The notes under the pieces are model-generated. The model was not told the origin of the DNA, did no database searches, and saw only the letters and a program-made list of their open reading frames with translations. Below, piece after piece: positions 1 to 9,089 of a stretch of 64,000 nt of DNA. Position 1 is the stretch's first letter; each line of letters opens with the position of its first letter. The stretch covers positions 1-64,000 of the forward strand of contig CAZQQT010000009.1 in NCBI GenBank assembly GCA_964595645.1, written 5' to 3'. The DNA is from an uncultured Thermococci archaeon. GTDB taxonomy: Archaea > Methanobacteriota_B > Thermococci > Methanofastidiosales > B48-G16. The translations under genes were made by a program, and so were the position numbers.

Positions 1-197
1 TTCTGGTTGGTTCTTATAGGTTTATAAACTTATCGGTCAAATGGTTCCAAAGCCGTCAGTATCTAGGCATTGGGACAAGATTAATCTAGCCTGTCGCACA
101 CTAAATATGTTGTGCAGGACTGCAATTCCAAAACACGCTATCTCTCTTCGATCCTCACGACGCTGCCTAATTTTCCTCCTGAACCGTTCCTTATCGG

Positions 198-308
198 CCC
201 CAAAATAATAATGAAGAATGGAAAATATACAAATTATTAGATGGGCTGGAAATAAGTGTCTCCGACGGCGATCGTATCACCATTTTCCCGCCAATAGCCG
301 GAGGATAA
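198..308 (+). pseudogene. Frameshifted 3' remnant of a MoaD/ThiS/SAMP ubiquitin-like protein
   Basis: Frame ending at 308 reads KLLDGLEISVSDGDRITIFPPIAGG* (C-terminal GG). KIIMKNGKY lies in another frame (1-nt indel near 228). No 5' half is recognisable. Confidence 0.75.
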
Positions 309-309
309 A

Positions 310-573
310 ATGTCAATCGAAGTGGAGGTGTATGGAAGGCTTGCCAAAAATACTGCTCAATCTGGTATTGAAACCGTAGAACTAGACGCTGAAGAGGTGG
401 AGACAGTATCTGACGTCCCCAAAATTTTGGGATTGGGGGAGAAAGAAATAAACCACATATTCCTCAATCACAAATATTCGAAGATTTCTGCAGCTGTATC
501 CGACGGTGATCGACTGGCTCTCATCCCAAAGGATATGGGATTGCTCTACAAATGGCATTTCTCTCCTGGATAA
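310..573 (+). CDS. ThiS/MoaD-like beta-grasp protein lacking the C-terminal GG
   Basis: EVEVYGRL...IFLNH...VSDGDRLALIP; SD GGAGG upstream; ends KWHFSPG. Confidence 0.75.
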   Translation: MSIEVEVYGRLAKNTAQSGIETVELDAEEVETVSDVPKILGLGEKEINHIFLNHKYSKISAAVSDGDRLALIPKDMGLLYKWHFSPG

Positions 574-643
574 CATCTATGTATCTCTAAAATCATTTTT
601 GGGGCAAATATAAAAAGGAACTACGTCTTTGTTCCAAAAACAT

Positions 644-1659
644 CTATAGAAATCCCCGTGCACAGGCTATCTCCGCATTTAGAATAGAACCTCCCGCAGC
701 CCCCCTTCTCAGATTATGTCCCGAAACAACGTATTTGAACATTTTTTTCCAACGTTTTCCAGTCTCCCAACGGTCACGGTCATGCCATCCCCATTGTCTC
801 TATGGAGTCTCGGTTGAGGAATGGAATTGTAAAGTATCGGTTTCCTATAACTCGGCAGCTGATGTTTTTCCAGTGGATCAAACTTCTCAAAACATTCCAA
901 TAGCTCTTCTACCTCGACATTCTCCTCCAACTCTACAAACACGGCTTCGGTATGACCATGGAGTACCGGGATTCGCGTTGCAATCGTCAAAACCTTAAAG
1001 GTTGCTGGAACGATTCGATCATTTTGTAATGTCCCAAAAATCTTCTTAATCTCTCTTTCTATTTTTTTTTCTTCTCCTTGTATATATGGGATAACATTAT
1101 CAACGATCTCCATAGCGTGGAGCCCTCGGAATCCCGCTCCTGAAATAGACTGCATTGTCGCAACGTGTACACTGTTTATTCCATACGGAGAGATGGCTTT
1201 GAGAGAAAGAGCAAGTATCGCCGTGGAACAGTTTGAGTTTGTCACGATAAATCCTTCTTCATCTCTTCGTTCTTTTTGAGTATCAATGAGTGCTAAATGA
1301 TCCTCATTTACCTCCGGAATCACGATGGGTACATCTTCCTCATACCGATGGGCCGATGCATTGCTGAAGACCGGTACCTCTTCAGCGATCTCTTTCTCCA
1401 CCTCTTCAGCAACCTTGCTGGGAAGAGCCGAAAACACACAATCGAGATCAGAAAGATCCGTAACATCTTTCACGCTCTTAATCTCCATTTCACCTAGCTC
1501 ACTGCACACGTCCCAGCTAGCTAATGCACCAAATTTTTTCCCGGCAGTATTCTCTGAAGCCGCCAAACACGTTATTACAAACTGAGGATGGTTCTCCAGC
1601 ATTCTTACGAATTGTTGGCCCACCATTCCTGTTGCTCCCAATATTGCCGTCTTTTTCAT
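644..1659 (-). CDS. asd: Aspartate-semialdehyde dehydrogenase, frameshifted at an A7 run (742-748)
   Basis: GATGMVGQ, NSNCST, QSISGAG. The conserved end MFKYVVSGHNLRRGAAGGSILNAE continues in another frame to a stop at 644. Confidence 0.93.
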
Positions 1660-3605
1660 TGTGTTTCCCCTCCTATAGTAGCTCCATTTCCTATCTGTCC
1701 GATGAAGAATCGAGAACCGATCCCCTCCTCTTTCAGAGTTTCTGTTATGGCGTGTCCCATATCTTCTAGATCCTCCTCCCTCCCTACAGCAAACAGCGTT
1801 GATCCGGAGCCGGAGAGAGATATCCCATACGCCCCGCTGGCAATCGCAGCGGCTCTCACTTTCTCAAACCAGGGAATTAAAGGCTTCCTATAAGGGATTG
1901 CGAGATAATCCTCCAAACTTTGACCAATTCTCTGGAGATCGTTGTTTCTCAGGGCGTCAACAAGACTGCTTGCCAGAGCTAAATTTTTTACCACGTCTTT
2001 TAATGGAACATGTGCTGGAAGGAGTTTTCTCGCTTCCATAGTGTCGATTGAGACGGAAGGAGTGACAATAAGAATCTTCAAGAGAGGGGAAGGGATTTTC
2101 ACGACATCGAGGGGATCAACTGATCGTAATATCGTAAACCCTCCAAAAAGAGCAGGAACTACATTATCACCATGAGCAGTTCCAGAGGCTATCCTCTCCC
2201 CTTCTACCGCCGCTTTTATGACTAGCTTTTTGTTCGTTATTCCTAGAAGGTTAGCAGTTGCCAGTGCTCCCCCAAGAGCTGAAGCACCAGAACTTCCCAA
2301 TCCCTTGGAAGGCTCTATTCCTTTTTTTACTTTCATTTTAAAACTCTTTTCGATCCCCAACAGATCTAAAAGAAAGAGTGCAGCTCCCGATGCTGCGTTC
2401 TCACGGGGATCATGAGGCACACTGTACCCCTCTACCTTCACCATCATCTCTTCGTTCCATCCCATTTCTATTACATCCATTGGTTCCTTCAAACACAGTC
2501 CGAATACATCAAATCCGGGTCCAACGTTAGCGATGGTCGCGGGCACAGAGACTTTCACTCTCTCAACGATCTGACTGTGCAGCGTACTGAGCGTTTCTGT
2601 GAGTTCTTCTTTTTTGACCTGAATACCGGAATCTCTCCCGGGAACGTTGAGGGGAGTCGAAAGCATTGATTGTGTCCCTGTGACTCCGACAAGTGTATGT
2701 TCGTTATCGAGAGATTTATGGCTCATTATAGGGTATTTCGCCGAAATGGAGGATATCAATGTGCCAACTTCCAGCTCCCCCTCTTTTATTTTTCCCAAAA
2801 TAATTGGCACCTTGCTTTTTACAGGTTCGATTGCTTTTTCGTGGAGAACTTTCATGCCTGTTTTTGATGACACCATCGCCTCTTCGTAGGAAACAAAGGG
2901 TAATACTCTTGCTTTTTTTACAATGGTAGGATCTGTCGTATAGATTCCCTCCACATCACTTATTTTCACGACGCACTGGGCATTTATAAGAGAGGCTATG
3001 ATAGATGCCGTATAATCACTGCCTCCTCTCCCAAGCACTGTTCTAAGCTCACAATACCCTCCCAAAAATCCTGGTAACACCGGAATTTTACCCTTCAGGG
3101 AAGAGTTTGTGATTATTTCTACGTTTTTCTTTGTTTTGTGGAGATCAACGGTTGCACTGCCAAACTGTGAGTCTGTACGAATTATCCGGGAAGCATCGAT
3201 AAATTCTCCCTCAATTCCCTGAATCCTTAAGGCTTCGGCAAAGATTTTTGCAGAGATAATTTCACCAAAGGATGTTACGTGATCGACAAAGGCTCTTTTC
3301 ACCGGAAAATCTTCTTTTCTTTTTAAATCCTTTTCTAAACAGGAGAAATGATCTTTCACAAATACTACATCTATGCCCAATGCACTTGCAAGCCCCTCAT
3401 ATTTCTCTACAATTGCTTCTGGAACATCTGTTCTTCCGGATTCGGAGAGGTGTATGAGATCATTCGTCACCCCCTCAAGGGCAGAAACCACGATGACAAG
3501 CTCTTTTTCTTTATGAAGTGAGAAAACTAGGTCGATAATCTCCTGGGCGGAATCAGAGAGACTCTTCCCGCCGATTTTTATTACTACTCTGTTGACACTC
3601 AACAT
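1656..3605 (-). CDS. Aspartate kinase-homoserine kinase (ThrB) fusion
   Basis: N-half: KIGG, VVSALEGVTN, GRGGSDYTA, DVEGIYTTDP. C-half: PATIANVGPGFD, GLGSSGAS, HGDNV, SGSG. Confidence 0.92.
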   Translation of the reverse strand: MLSVNRVVIKIGGKSLSDSAQEIIDLVFSLHKEKELVIVVSALEGVTNDLIHLSESGRTDVPEAIVEKYEGLASALGIDVVFVKDHFSCLEKDLKRKEDFPVKRAFVDHVTSFGEIISAKIFAEALRIQGIEGEFIDASRIIRTDSQFGSATVDLHKTKKNVEIITNSSLKGKIPVLPGFLGGYCELRTVLGRGGSDYTASIIASLINAQCVVKISDVEGIYTTDPTIVKKARVLPFVSYEEAMVSSKTGMKVLHEKAIEPVKSKVPIILGKIKEGELEVGTLISSISAKYPIMSHKSLDNEHTLVGVTGTQSMLSTPLNVPGRDSGIQVKKEELTETLSTLHSQIVERVKVSVPATIANVGPGFDVFGLCLKEPMDVIEMGWNEEMMVKVEGYSVPHDPRENAASGAALFLLDLLGIEKSFKMKVKKGIEPSKGLGSSGASALGGALATANLLGITNKKLVIKAAVEGERIASGTAHGDNVVPALFGGFTILRSVDPLDVVKIPSPLLKILIVTPSVSIDTMEARKLLPAHVPLKDVVKNLALASSLVDALRNNDLQRIGQSLEDYLAIPYRKPLIPWFEKVRAAAIASGAYGISLSGSGSTLFAVGREEDLEDMGHAITETLKEEGIGSRFFIGQIGNGATIGGETQ

Positions 3606-4630
3606 TATCCACCACCTCTATTTTCAAAAGGGATCGTGACTTTTCCTCTCTTTCTAAGCTCTTTACGCACTATTTTAACGCCTTTTACCATATTTTCAAG
3701 TTTTTTTCTTGCTATATCTCGTGAAAGAAGTTTCAAACCACAGTCGGGGTTGATGTATATTTTTTCTACGTGAACGTAATCAAAGACTTTTTTAATATAC
3801 GTTGAAACTTCTTGGGGGGTCTCTATTTTCCCGTTATGGACATCAATGACTCCAACCCCGACCTCCTTCTCTCCAAGATTTTCAAGAAAATCTACCTCAC
3901 TGAACTGTCTATTCGCAAACTCCAAGGCAAACTGATCGACATTGCACTCCTCAAAATAGTTGGAGAGCAGCGTGTAATCACTGTAACATACATGGAGCCC
4001 TATATGAGTGTGTACTCCTCTCACAGCTCTATTCACTGTATCAACAGCCCATTCTATCTCCTCGGGATGTGTAGACAATGCCGGCTCATCTATCTGTACA
4101 AAGGTTGCACCTTCTTTTTCAAGGTGTTTTAGCTCTTTGTTTATGATTTTCGCAATTTTTATGGCGAGATCTTCTTTTGAATCGTAGTATTCATTGAAAC
4201 TCCATTCCGCAATCGTGTAAGGACCTGTGATAGGGATTTTTACAATGTTTCTTGTTGCTACACTTCTTATAAACTTAAATTCCTCTAACACCAACGGCTC
4301 TTTGTACTCAAGGGGACCAACCACCGATGGTTTATCGAAATAAAAGTTCCCCCACACCCGTACAGGTCCAGGAAATGAAAATCCTTCTATTTTTGCCGCA
4401 AAGTACTCTACCATCTCCTTTCTTCCCATCTCTCCATCCCAGGGAATATCAATTCCCAGTATTTCTTGTTCTCTAATAACTGCAGCTGAAGCATCTTTTA
4501 CGGCCTCATTAAACTCTTTTTCACTTATTTCATCGTTTTCCCAGAGTTCATAATAGTTATTCAGCCATCTCGGCTTGGGATAACTCCCAATTACAGTTGT
4601 AGGAAGAACTGGCAGCTCCATCTCACTCAC
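3605..4630 (-). CDS. metE: Cobalamin-independent methionine synthase, catalytic (C-terminal) subunit
   Basis: TTVIGSYP, DGEM, TGPYT, QIDEP; Zn ligands in HVC, LEFA and NPDCG. Confidence 0.92.
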   Translation of the reverse strand: MSEMELPVLPTTVIGSYPKPRWLNNYYELWENDEISEKEFNEAVKDASAAVIREQEILGIDIPWDGEMGRKEMVEYFAAKIEGFSFPGPVRVWGNFYFDKPSVVGPLEYKEPLVLEEFKFIRSVATRNIVKIPITGPYTIAEWSFNEYYDSKEDLAIKIAKIINKELKHLEKEGATFVQIDEPALSTHPEEIEWAVDTVNRAVRGVHTHIGLHVCYSDYTLLSNYFEECNVDQFALEFANRQFSEVDFLENLGEKEVGVGVIDVHNGKIETPQEVSTYIKKVFDYVHVEKIYINPDCGLKLLSRDIARKKLENMVKGVKIVRKELRKRGKVTIPFENRGGG

Positions 4631-5552
4631 CTCCTGTTACCGTACGCAACAGGCGTAATTTTTTAAAGGCAACACGTTCGGGGAGAAAATCCAAAAGGGT
4701 ATTTGGTGTGACGTACACCGTTGAAAATTTATTGGATAGCGAACGAAAACGGTCTTTTAACTCTTTTTTATCTTCTAATTTCGTTTGTCTTGCATCTACT
4801 ATTCCAATCCCCACTTCTCCCTCAAGCTTTTCCAAAATCTTTCCTTTACTTTCTATTACATCTACATTTATCAGCGTATTAATTTTTTCTATGCCTTCTA
4901 CAGTTGGTTCTCCAAAATATGTTACAACCCACGTTTTTATTGGACTTCTCTCCGTAATTTCTTTGAGTATCGTTAGATGTTCCTCCTTTTTCTCCAGACA
5001 GAGTACGGGTTCATGGAGTTCAATGATATCCACCGTGCCCTTGAGTTCACGGATAAGGGGAAGAAGGACAGCCTTCATATACTTCTCTGCCAGTACACTC
5101 TCGTCGTGATAGTATCTGTCCACGCTGTGAGAGGCCAACGTGAGTGGGCCGGGTAGCACCTGTTTCAGTGTTGCACTTGGATAGTATTCCTCCAGTAATT
5201 CCTTGTTGATCTCAGCCCACCCGCCAATTGGGTGTTCCTCCAAGCGTATTCGATCCTTTACCACGGGCGCTCTGTAGAAAAAATTGTTCTCGTAAAACTT
5301 ATAGAGCCCGTCCACCTCAACACCATCGATAAACTGAATCAGTGGATTAAAAAGATCATCCCATCTATAGAGAGGATCAGTCACTACTGGAATTCCGATC
5401 GTTTCCAGGGTTTCGTATGCCTTCGCCGTATGTCTTCGATATGCTTCTTCGAGTTTCTCTTCAGAGAGTGTTCCGTTGTTGTATTTTTCTATGTTTTTTG
5501 CCAGTTGAACCGGTCGTGGAAGTCCACCTATCAAAGCTGGTACAATTTTCAT
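4623..5552 (-). CDS. MetE N-terminal-like subunit (split MetE)
   Basis: GGLPRP, RWDDLF, FYENNFFYRAP, PGPLT, GIVDAR; no Zn ligands; overlaps metE. Confidence 0.85.
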   Translation of the reverse strand: MKIVPALIGGLPRPVQLAKNIEKYNNGTLSEEKLEEAYRRHTAKAYETLETIGIPVVTDPLYRWDDLFNPLIQFIDGVEVDGLYKFYENNFFYRAPVVKDRIRLEEHPIGGWAEINKELLEEYYPSATLKQVLPGPLTLASHSVDRYYHDESVLAEKYMKAVLLPLIRELKGTVDIIELHEPVLCLEKKEEHLTILKEITERSPIKTWVVTYFGEPTVEGIEKINTLINVDVIESKGKILEKLEGEVGIGIVDARQTKLEDKKELKDRFRSLSNKFSTVYVTPNTLLDFLPERVAFKKLRLLRTVTGGE

Positions 5553-6595
5553 CGTTTTACCACCTCAAATTCATTATCTTTAAGTATTTCTCTTACAGCA
5601 AAAAATTCTTCAATCCATGTATCAATATCAGAAGCGAGAATGATGAGATTCAATCCATTAATTCTCTCCTCAGTTATTATCTCTTTCACCAGATCTTCCG
5701 GTGTGTCATCCGAAACAGAGACACCGAGATCCTGTAAGAACGATTTTTCTTCCCCACCCAGCGGATACAACAGTGATACGACCACCGGGGCGTCGAGACC
5801 GATCGTTTCCAGTTCCTCAAAAATCCTGCTTATATTTGTCACCGTCTCCGTACTCGCAATCACCTGGGAAAAGAAAATCTCAGCGCCCGGGAGTATCTTC
5901 TTTTTGAGTCTGCAGGCCTCTATCTCTGGTGCATAATGTGGATTGAATCCAGCGGCTATTCTCGGTCTATTTTTCATTTCTACTTTCTGTTTTGTGGGTA
6001 AAATTCCATGAAAGACCTGGTAAGCCAGTCGAATTAAACTATGCGCATCCAAATCAAAGACAGGCTTCGACGGCATGGCAAAACTCGGCCAGTCCCCTGT
6101 ATTGAGCAATACAATCTCAAATTCGAAGAGTGAGGCTGTAAGAAGTTCGGAGGTCAGTGCGGAGAGATTCCTGTCTTTGCAGGTTAAATGGGGCATCACT
6201 TCATTCTTAAAAGAATTTTTTATAGTCGTAGCCAAAGAAAATGAAGAGACATGTGGGTATCCCAAAGGATTGTCCGGGAGTGTGTACAACTGTGTATATT
6301 GCTTTACTGCACTGAGTACTTTATGAATATCTTCCTGATCATGTACAAGATTCAGCGGAAACTCCACACTCATTCCCCTCCCCCTCAGGAGAGCTTCGTG
6401 AAATTTTGATCTGATCGGTGGAACATCTTCTCGTATCAATGCTTCGTTTTCCTCCACAAGAGGATGAACCTTCGTGAGTGAAAGGGGTTCTTCATCGCGA
6501 ACAGTGAAGGGGCAGGTTTTTCCCGTTATTTCGCAGATAGTATCCCTTGCACTCCCACACGGCCCCGTTCTAAGCTTTTTAGGACATTTTATCAC
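5549..6595 (-). CDS. metF: Methylenetetrahydrofolate reductase with N-terminal MetV-like Cys cluster
   Basis: CPKKLRTGPCG...CEITGKTC, then SVEFP, PDNP, HLTCKDRN, TGD, FSQ. Confidence 0.85.
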   Translation of the reverse strand: MIKCPKKLRTGPCGSARDTICEITGKTCPFTVRDEEPLSLTKVHPLVEENEALIREDVPPIRSKFHEALLRGRGMSVEFPLNLVHDQEDIHKVLSAVKQYTQLYTLPDNPLGYPHVSSFSLATTIKNSFKNEVMPHLTCKDRNLSALTSELLTASLFEFEIVLLNTGDWPSFAMPSKPVFDLDAHSLIRLAYQVFHGILPTKQKVEMKNRPRIAAGFNPHYAPEIEACRLKKKILPGAEIFFSQVIASTETVTNISRIFEELETIGLDAPVVVSLLYPLGGEEKSFLQDLGVSVSDDTPEDLVKEIITEERINGLNLIILASDIDTWIEEFFAVREILKDNEFEVVKR

Positions 6596-7761
6596 TAGCT
6601 CTCACCCCGTACAGAACGCAATGCACTATCCAGATCTTCAAGAATATCCTCTACATGCTCCAACCCTACAGAGAGTCTGAGTAAGTTATCGGTGATTCCC
6701 AATATCTCCCTTCTCTCCTTCGGCATGGTCTTGGCTGCGCTTATCACGGGACAAGAAATAAGGCTTTCAGGACCTCCCAAGGAAGGAGAAGGGGATATAT
6801 ACTCGAAATTGTTCAATAGTTTCCTCACTGTCTCTTCTTCTCCTTTGATTCTGAAACTAACAACGCCACCAAAGTAATTTCCAAAAAGCTTTTTCGCAGT
6901 GTTATGATCCATACTACCACTGAGTCCGGGATAAAGAACATCTTCGATGGCGGAATGCTCAGAAAGAAATTCTGCCACTCTCTGTGCATTTTTACAGTGC
7001 TGTTTCATCCGCAACTCAAACGTCTTCAGCCCACGGGCGATGAAGAACGCTTCAAAGGGCTGGAGAATACTGCCCAGTTTTCTTCTCCAGTTCCACAGAT
7101 CGAAAGGTCCGAGGTCCCCTATAATTGCTCCCCCCAACACATCGTTATGTCCGGCGAGATACTTGGTAAGGCTGTGGACCACGTAGTCGGCTCCGTGGTT
7201 AAGCGGGTTATAGAGGAAGGGAGTGGCAAATGTGTTGTCAACTACTAGAAGTGCGTCGACTTCTTTGCACCGTTTCGCGATCTCGGGAATATCAAACACG
7301 CGCAATGTGGGGTTGGTGATGGTTTCCAGTAACACCATCGTTGTATCCTCTGTGATATTCTCCACGATCTGCAATGTTTCTGGAAAGCTCAACCGCACGG
7401 ACAGATCAAACTTTCGCTGGAGTTCTTCCGCCAGTTCGATCGTTGTTCCATATCCCTCCATGGATAAGAGAACATCGCTTCCCTTTTCGAGAAGAGCAAG
7501 ATATAGAGCTGAGAGCGCGCCCATGCCGCTGGAAAATGCAAGCGCGTCCTTCCCATATTCTATCTTTGATAAGACATGTTCCAGTGTACGGACTGTTGGA
7601 TTTTCTTCTCTCGAGTATTTCAGATCCTTCCCTCTATCCGAGTGTTGCGTTATTCCCGGCTGCTCAAATGCGACTGTCTGATAAATAGGCATATGGAGTG
7701 CATGGAAGTTTGAGTCTTCATACCCATGCCCGTGGATGACTGTTGTTTGTATTCTTTTCAT
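6595..7761 (-). CDS. metB: Cystathionine gamma-synthase family PLP enzyme
   Basis: YSREENPT, SSGMGA, ETITNPT, DNTFATP, SLTKYLAGHND, SLGG, RLSVGLE; start placed at ATG 7761. Confidence 0.9.
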   Translation of the reverse strand: MKRIQTTVIHGHGYEDSNFHALHMPIYQTVAFEQPGITQHSDRGKDLKYSREENPTVRTLEHVLSKIEYGKDALAFSSGMGALSALYLALLEKGSDVLLSMEGYGTTIELAEELQRKFDLSVRLSFPETLQIVENITEDTTMVLLETITNPTLRVFDIPEIAKRCKEVDALLVVDNTFATPFLYNPLNHGADYVVHSLTKYLAGHNDVLGGAIIGDLGPFDLWNWRRKLGSILQPFEAFFIARGLKTFELRMKQHCKNAQRVAEFLSEHSAIEDVLYPGLSGSMDHNTAKKLFGNYFGGVVSFRIKGEEETVRKLLNNFEYISPSPSLGGPESLISCPVISAAKTMPKERREILGITDNLLRLSVGLEHVEDILEDLDSALRSVRGES

Positions 7762-7782
7762 GGTACCACCAGCGCACAGTGG

Positions 7783-7806
7783 CATAGGGGCTTTATATAC
7801 TTTTCG
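7783..7806 (-). promoter_or_regulatory. BRE-TATA promoter of the met operon
   Basis: CGAAAAG-TATATAAA-GCCCCTATG, about 30 nt upstream of the metB ATG. Confidence 0.75.
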
Positions 7807-7988
7807 CCATAATTTTCGTTTTTAATATTACTAATAGTTATAAAATGCGATAATATGAGTGATAGTTGAGCGCAATACTTCTAGAAAGAGCTTGAGAAAT
7901 GGATCGAAAAGGCCGAAAAAATGATAAGAAGTTCCGTTATAAAGAAGTAACCGTATCTCTCTTTTATTATACCGTGTACATTAGTAAA

Positions 7989-8423
7989 TTAACACTCATC
8001 CTTTAGTATCTCGAGGATAATGGCAGGACAAATACGTCGGACACCTTCAATTTTACCGATTTTTTTGGAAATAATTTTTGTGAGCTCCTTTCCGTTTCTT
8101 GCGACGATCTCCGTCATGATCATATGATCACCGGTGGAAGTGGCAACGTACTTTACCTCCTTGATCTCCGTCATTTTTTTCGCGGCCTGGAGGAAAAGAG
8201 ACGGATCGACATCCAATCCTACATACGCCACAGTGTCGTAGCCGAGCTTGGATCTGTCAATCTTTACAGTATACCCGAGGATTACTTCATTCTCCTCCAG
8301 TTTTTTCACGCGTTTTCTCACGGTGGCCTCACTCACATTCAACTTGTCCGCTATCTCTGTGAAGGGGATCCGCGAATCTCTCTCCAGCATCCGGATGATC
8401 TTCTTATCTTTTTCATCAATCAT
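7989..8423 (-). CDS. lrpA: Lrp/AsnC regulator, LrpA/Ptr2-like
   Basis: MIDEKD...DSRIPFTEIA...SEATVRKRVKKLE HTH; TGDHMIM; CPAIILE; strongly recalls Pyrococcus LrpA. Confidence 0.9.
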   Translation of the reverse strand: MIDEKDKKIIRMLERDSRIPFTEIADKLNVSEATVRKRVKKLEENEVILGYTVKIDRSKLGYDTVAYVGLDVDPSLFLQAAKKMTEIKEVKYVATSTGDHMIMTEIVARNGKELTKIISKKIGKIEGVRRICPAIILEILKDEC

Positions 8424-8456
8424 GGTACTCACTTCGTCATATTTCTTCCTGTTTGA

Positions 8457-8469
8457 TTCGAATATCGAA
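8457..8469. promoter_or_regulatory. Palindromic Lrp/FFRP-type operator candidate
   Basis: TTCGA-ATA-TCGAA (perfect 5-3-5 palindrome) next to TATATATA at about 8476-8484. Confidence 0.65.
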
Positions 8470-8566
8470 CGAAAGATATATATACTTAGTACTAATAAGA
8501 ACTATACAGGAAAGTAATATATAAACTTTTCCCATAGAAAAAAGACGAAAACAGGAGATGAGATGT

Positions 8567-8671
8567 ATGGCACAATGGAAATGTACGAATTGTGGATCGG
8601 TACGAGAAGGAAGATGTAGGCCCAAGAAATGCAAAGAATGTGGAGAAACTATCTTTGAGAAAGAGGAGTAG
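8567..8671 (+). CDS. RCKP-type rubredoxin-like small protein, 34 aa (not in ORF track)
   Basis: MAQWKCTNCGSVREGRCRPKKCKECGETIFEKEE*; two CxxC motifs; AGGAG upstream. Confidence 0.85.
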   Translation: MAQWKCTNCGSVREGRCRPKKCKECGETIFEKEE

Positions 8672-8720
8672 CGAAAAATATTTAACATTGAAAATACATA
8701 ATAAAAAGAGGTGAAAAAAT

Positions 8721-8930
8721 ATGATAAAAGAGTTTAAACACGAGGATAGGGTAATAAAAATAGACCACGACAAGTGTACCGGCTCGGGAGAATGTGTAGA
8801 CGTCTGCCCTGTGGATGTCTACGAATTAAAGGATGAAAAATCGTACGCAACAAACGTTGAAGAGTGTATCGACTGTTGTCTTTGTGTACAGTCCTGTCCT
8901 ACCAATGCAATAGAGCACAGCACGTGCTAA
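8721..8930 (+). CDS. Dicluster ferredoxin
   Basis: CTGSGECVDVCP and CIDCCLCVQSCP; SD GAGGTG. Confidence 0.92.
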   Translation: MIKEFKHEDRVIKIDHDKCTGSGECVDVCPVDVYELKDEKSYATNVEECIDCCLCVQSCPTNAIEHSTC

Positions 8931-8957
8931 AAACTGAAAAAATAAGGAGGTTATACT

Positions 8958-9074
8958 ATGACAAAAGTTGGAGAAGTCTATAAATGTGAAATTTGTGGAA
9001 ATGTTGTTGAAGTAAAGGAGGCTGGTGTAGGGGAGTTAGTTTGCTGCGGCCAGCCCATGGACTTAGTAGAATAA
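8958..9074 (+). CDS. Desulforedoxin, 38 aa (not in ORF track)
   Basis: [38 protein letters not shown]; SD AAGGAGG. Confidence 0.92.
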   Translation: MTKVGEVYKCEICGNVVEVKEAGVGELVCCGQPMDLVE

Positions 9075-9089
9075 CAAGGAGGTGAACCT

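Noticed and set aside
7855-7950. Protein-like fragment KELEKWIEKAEKMIRSS interrupted by in-frame stops
   Set aside because: Too short to assign. It may be a decayed gene, but there is no support for Sec/Pyl readthrough.
8437-8773. Minus-strand ORFs of 83 and 93 aa
   Set aside because: Antisense to promoter DNA and to the real microprotein and ferredoxin genes
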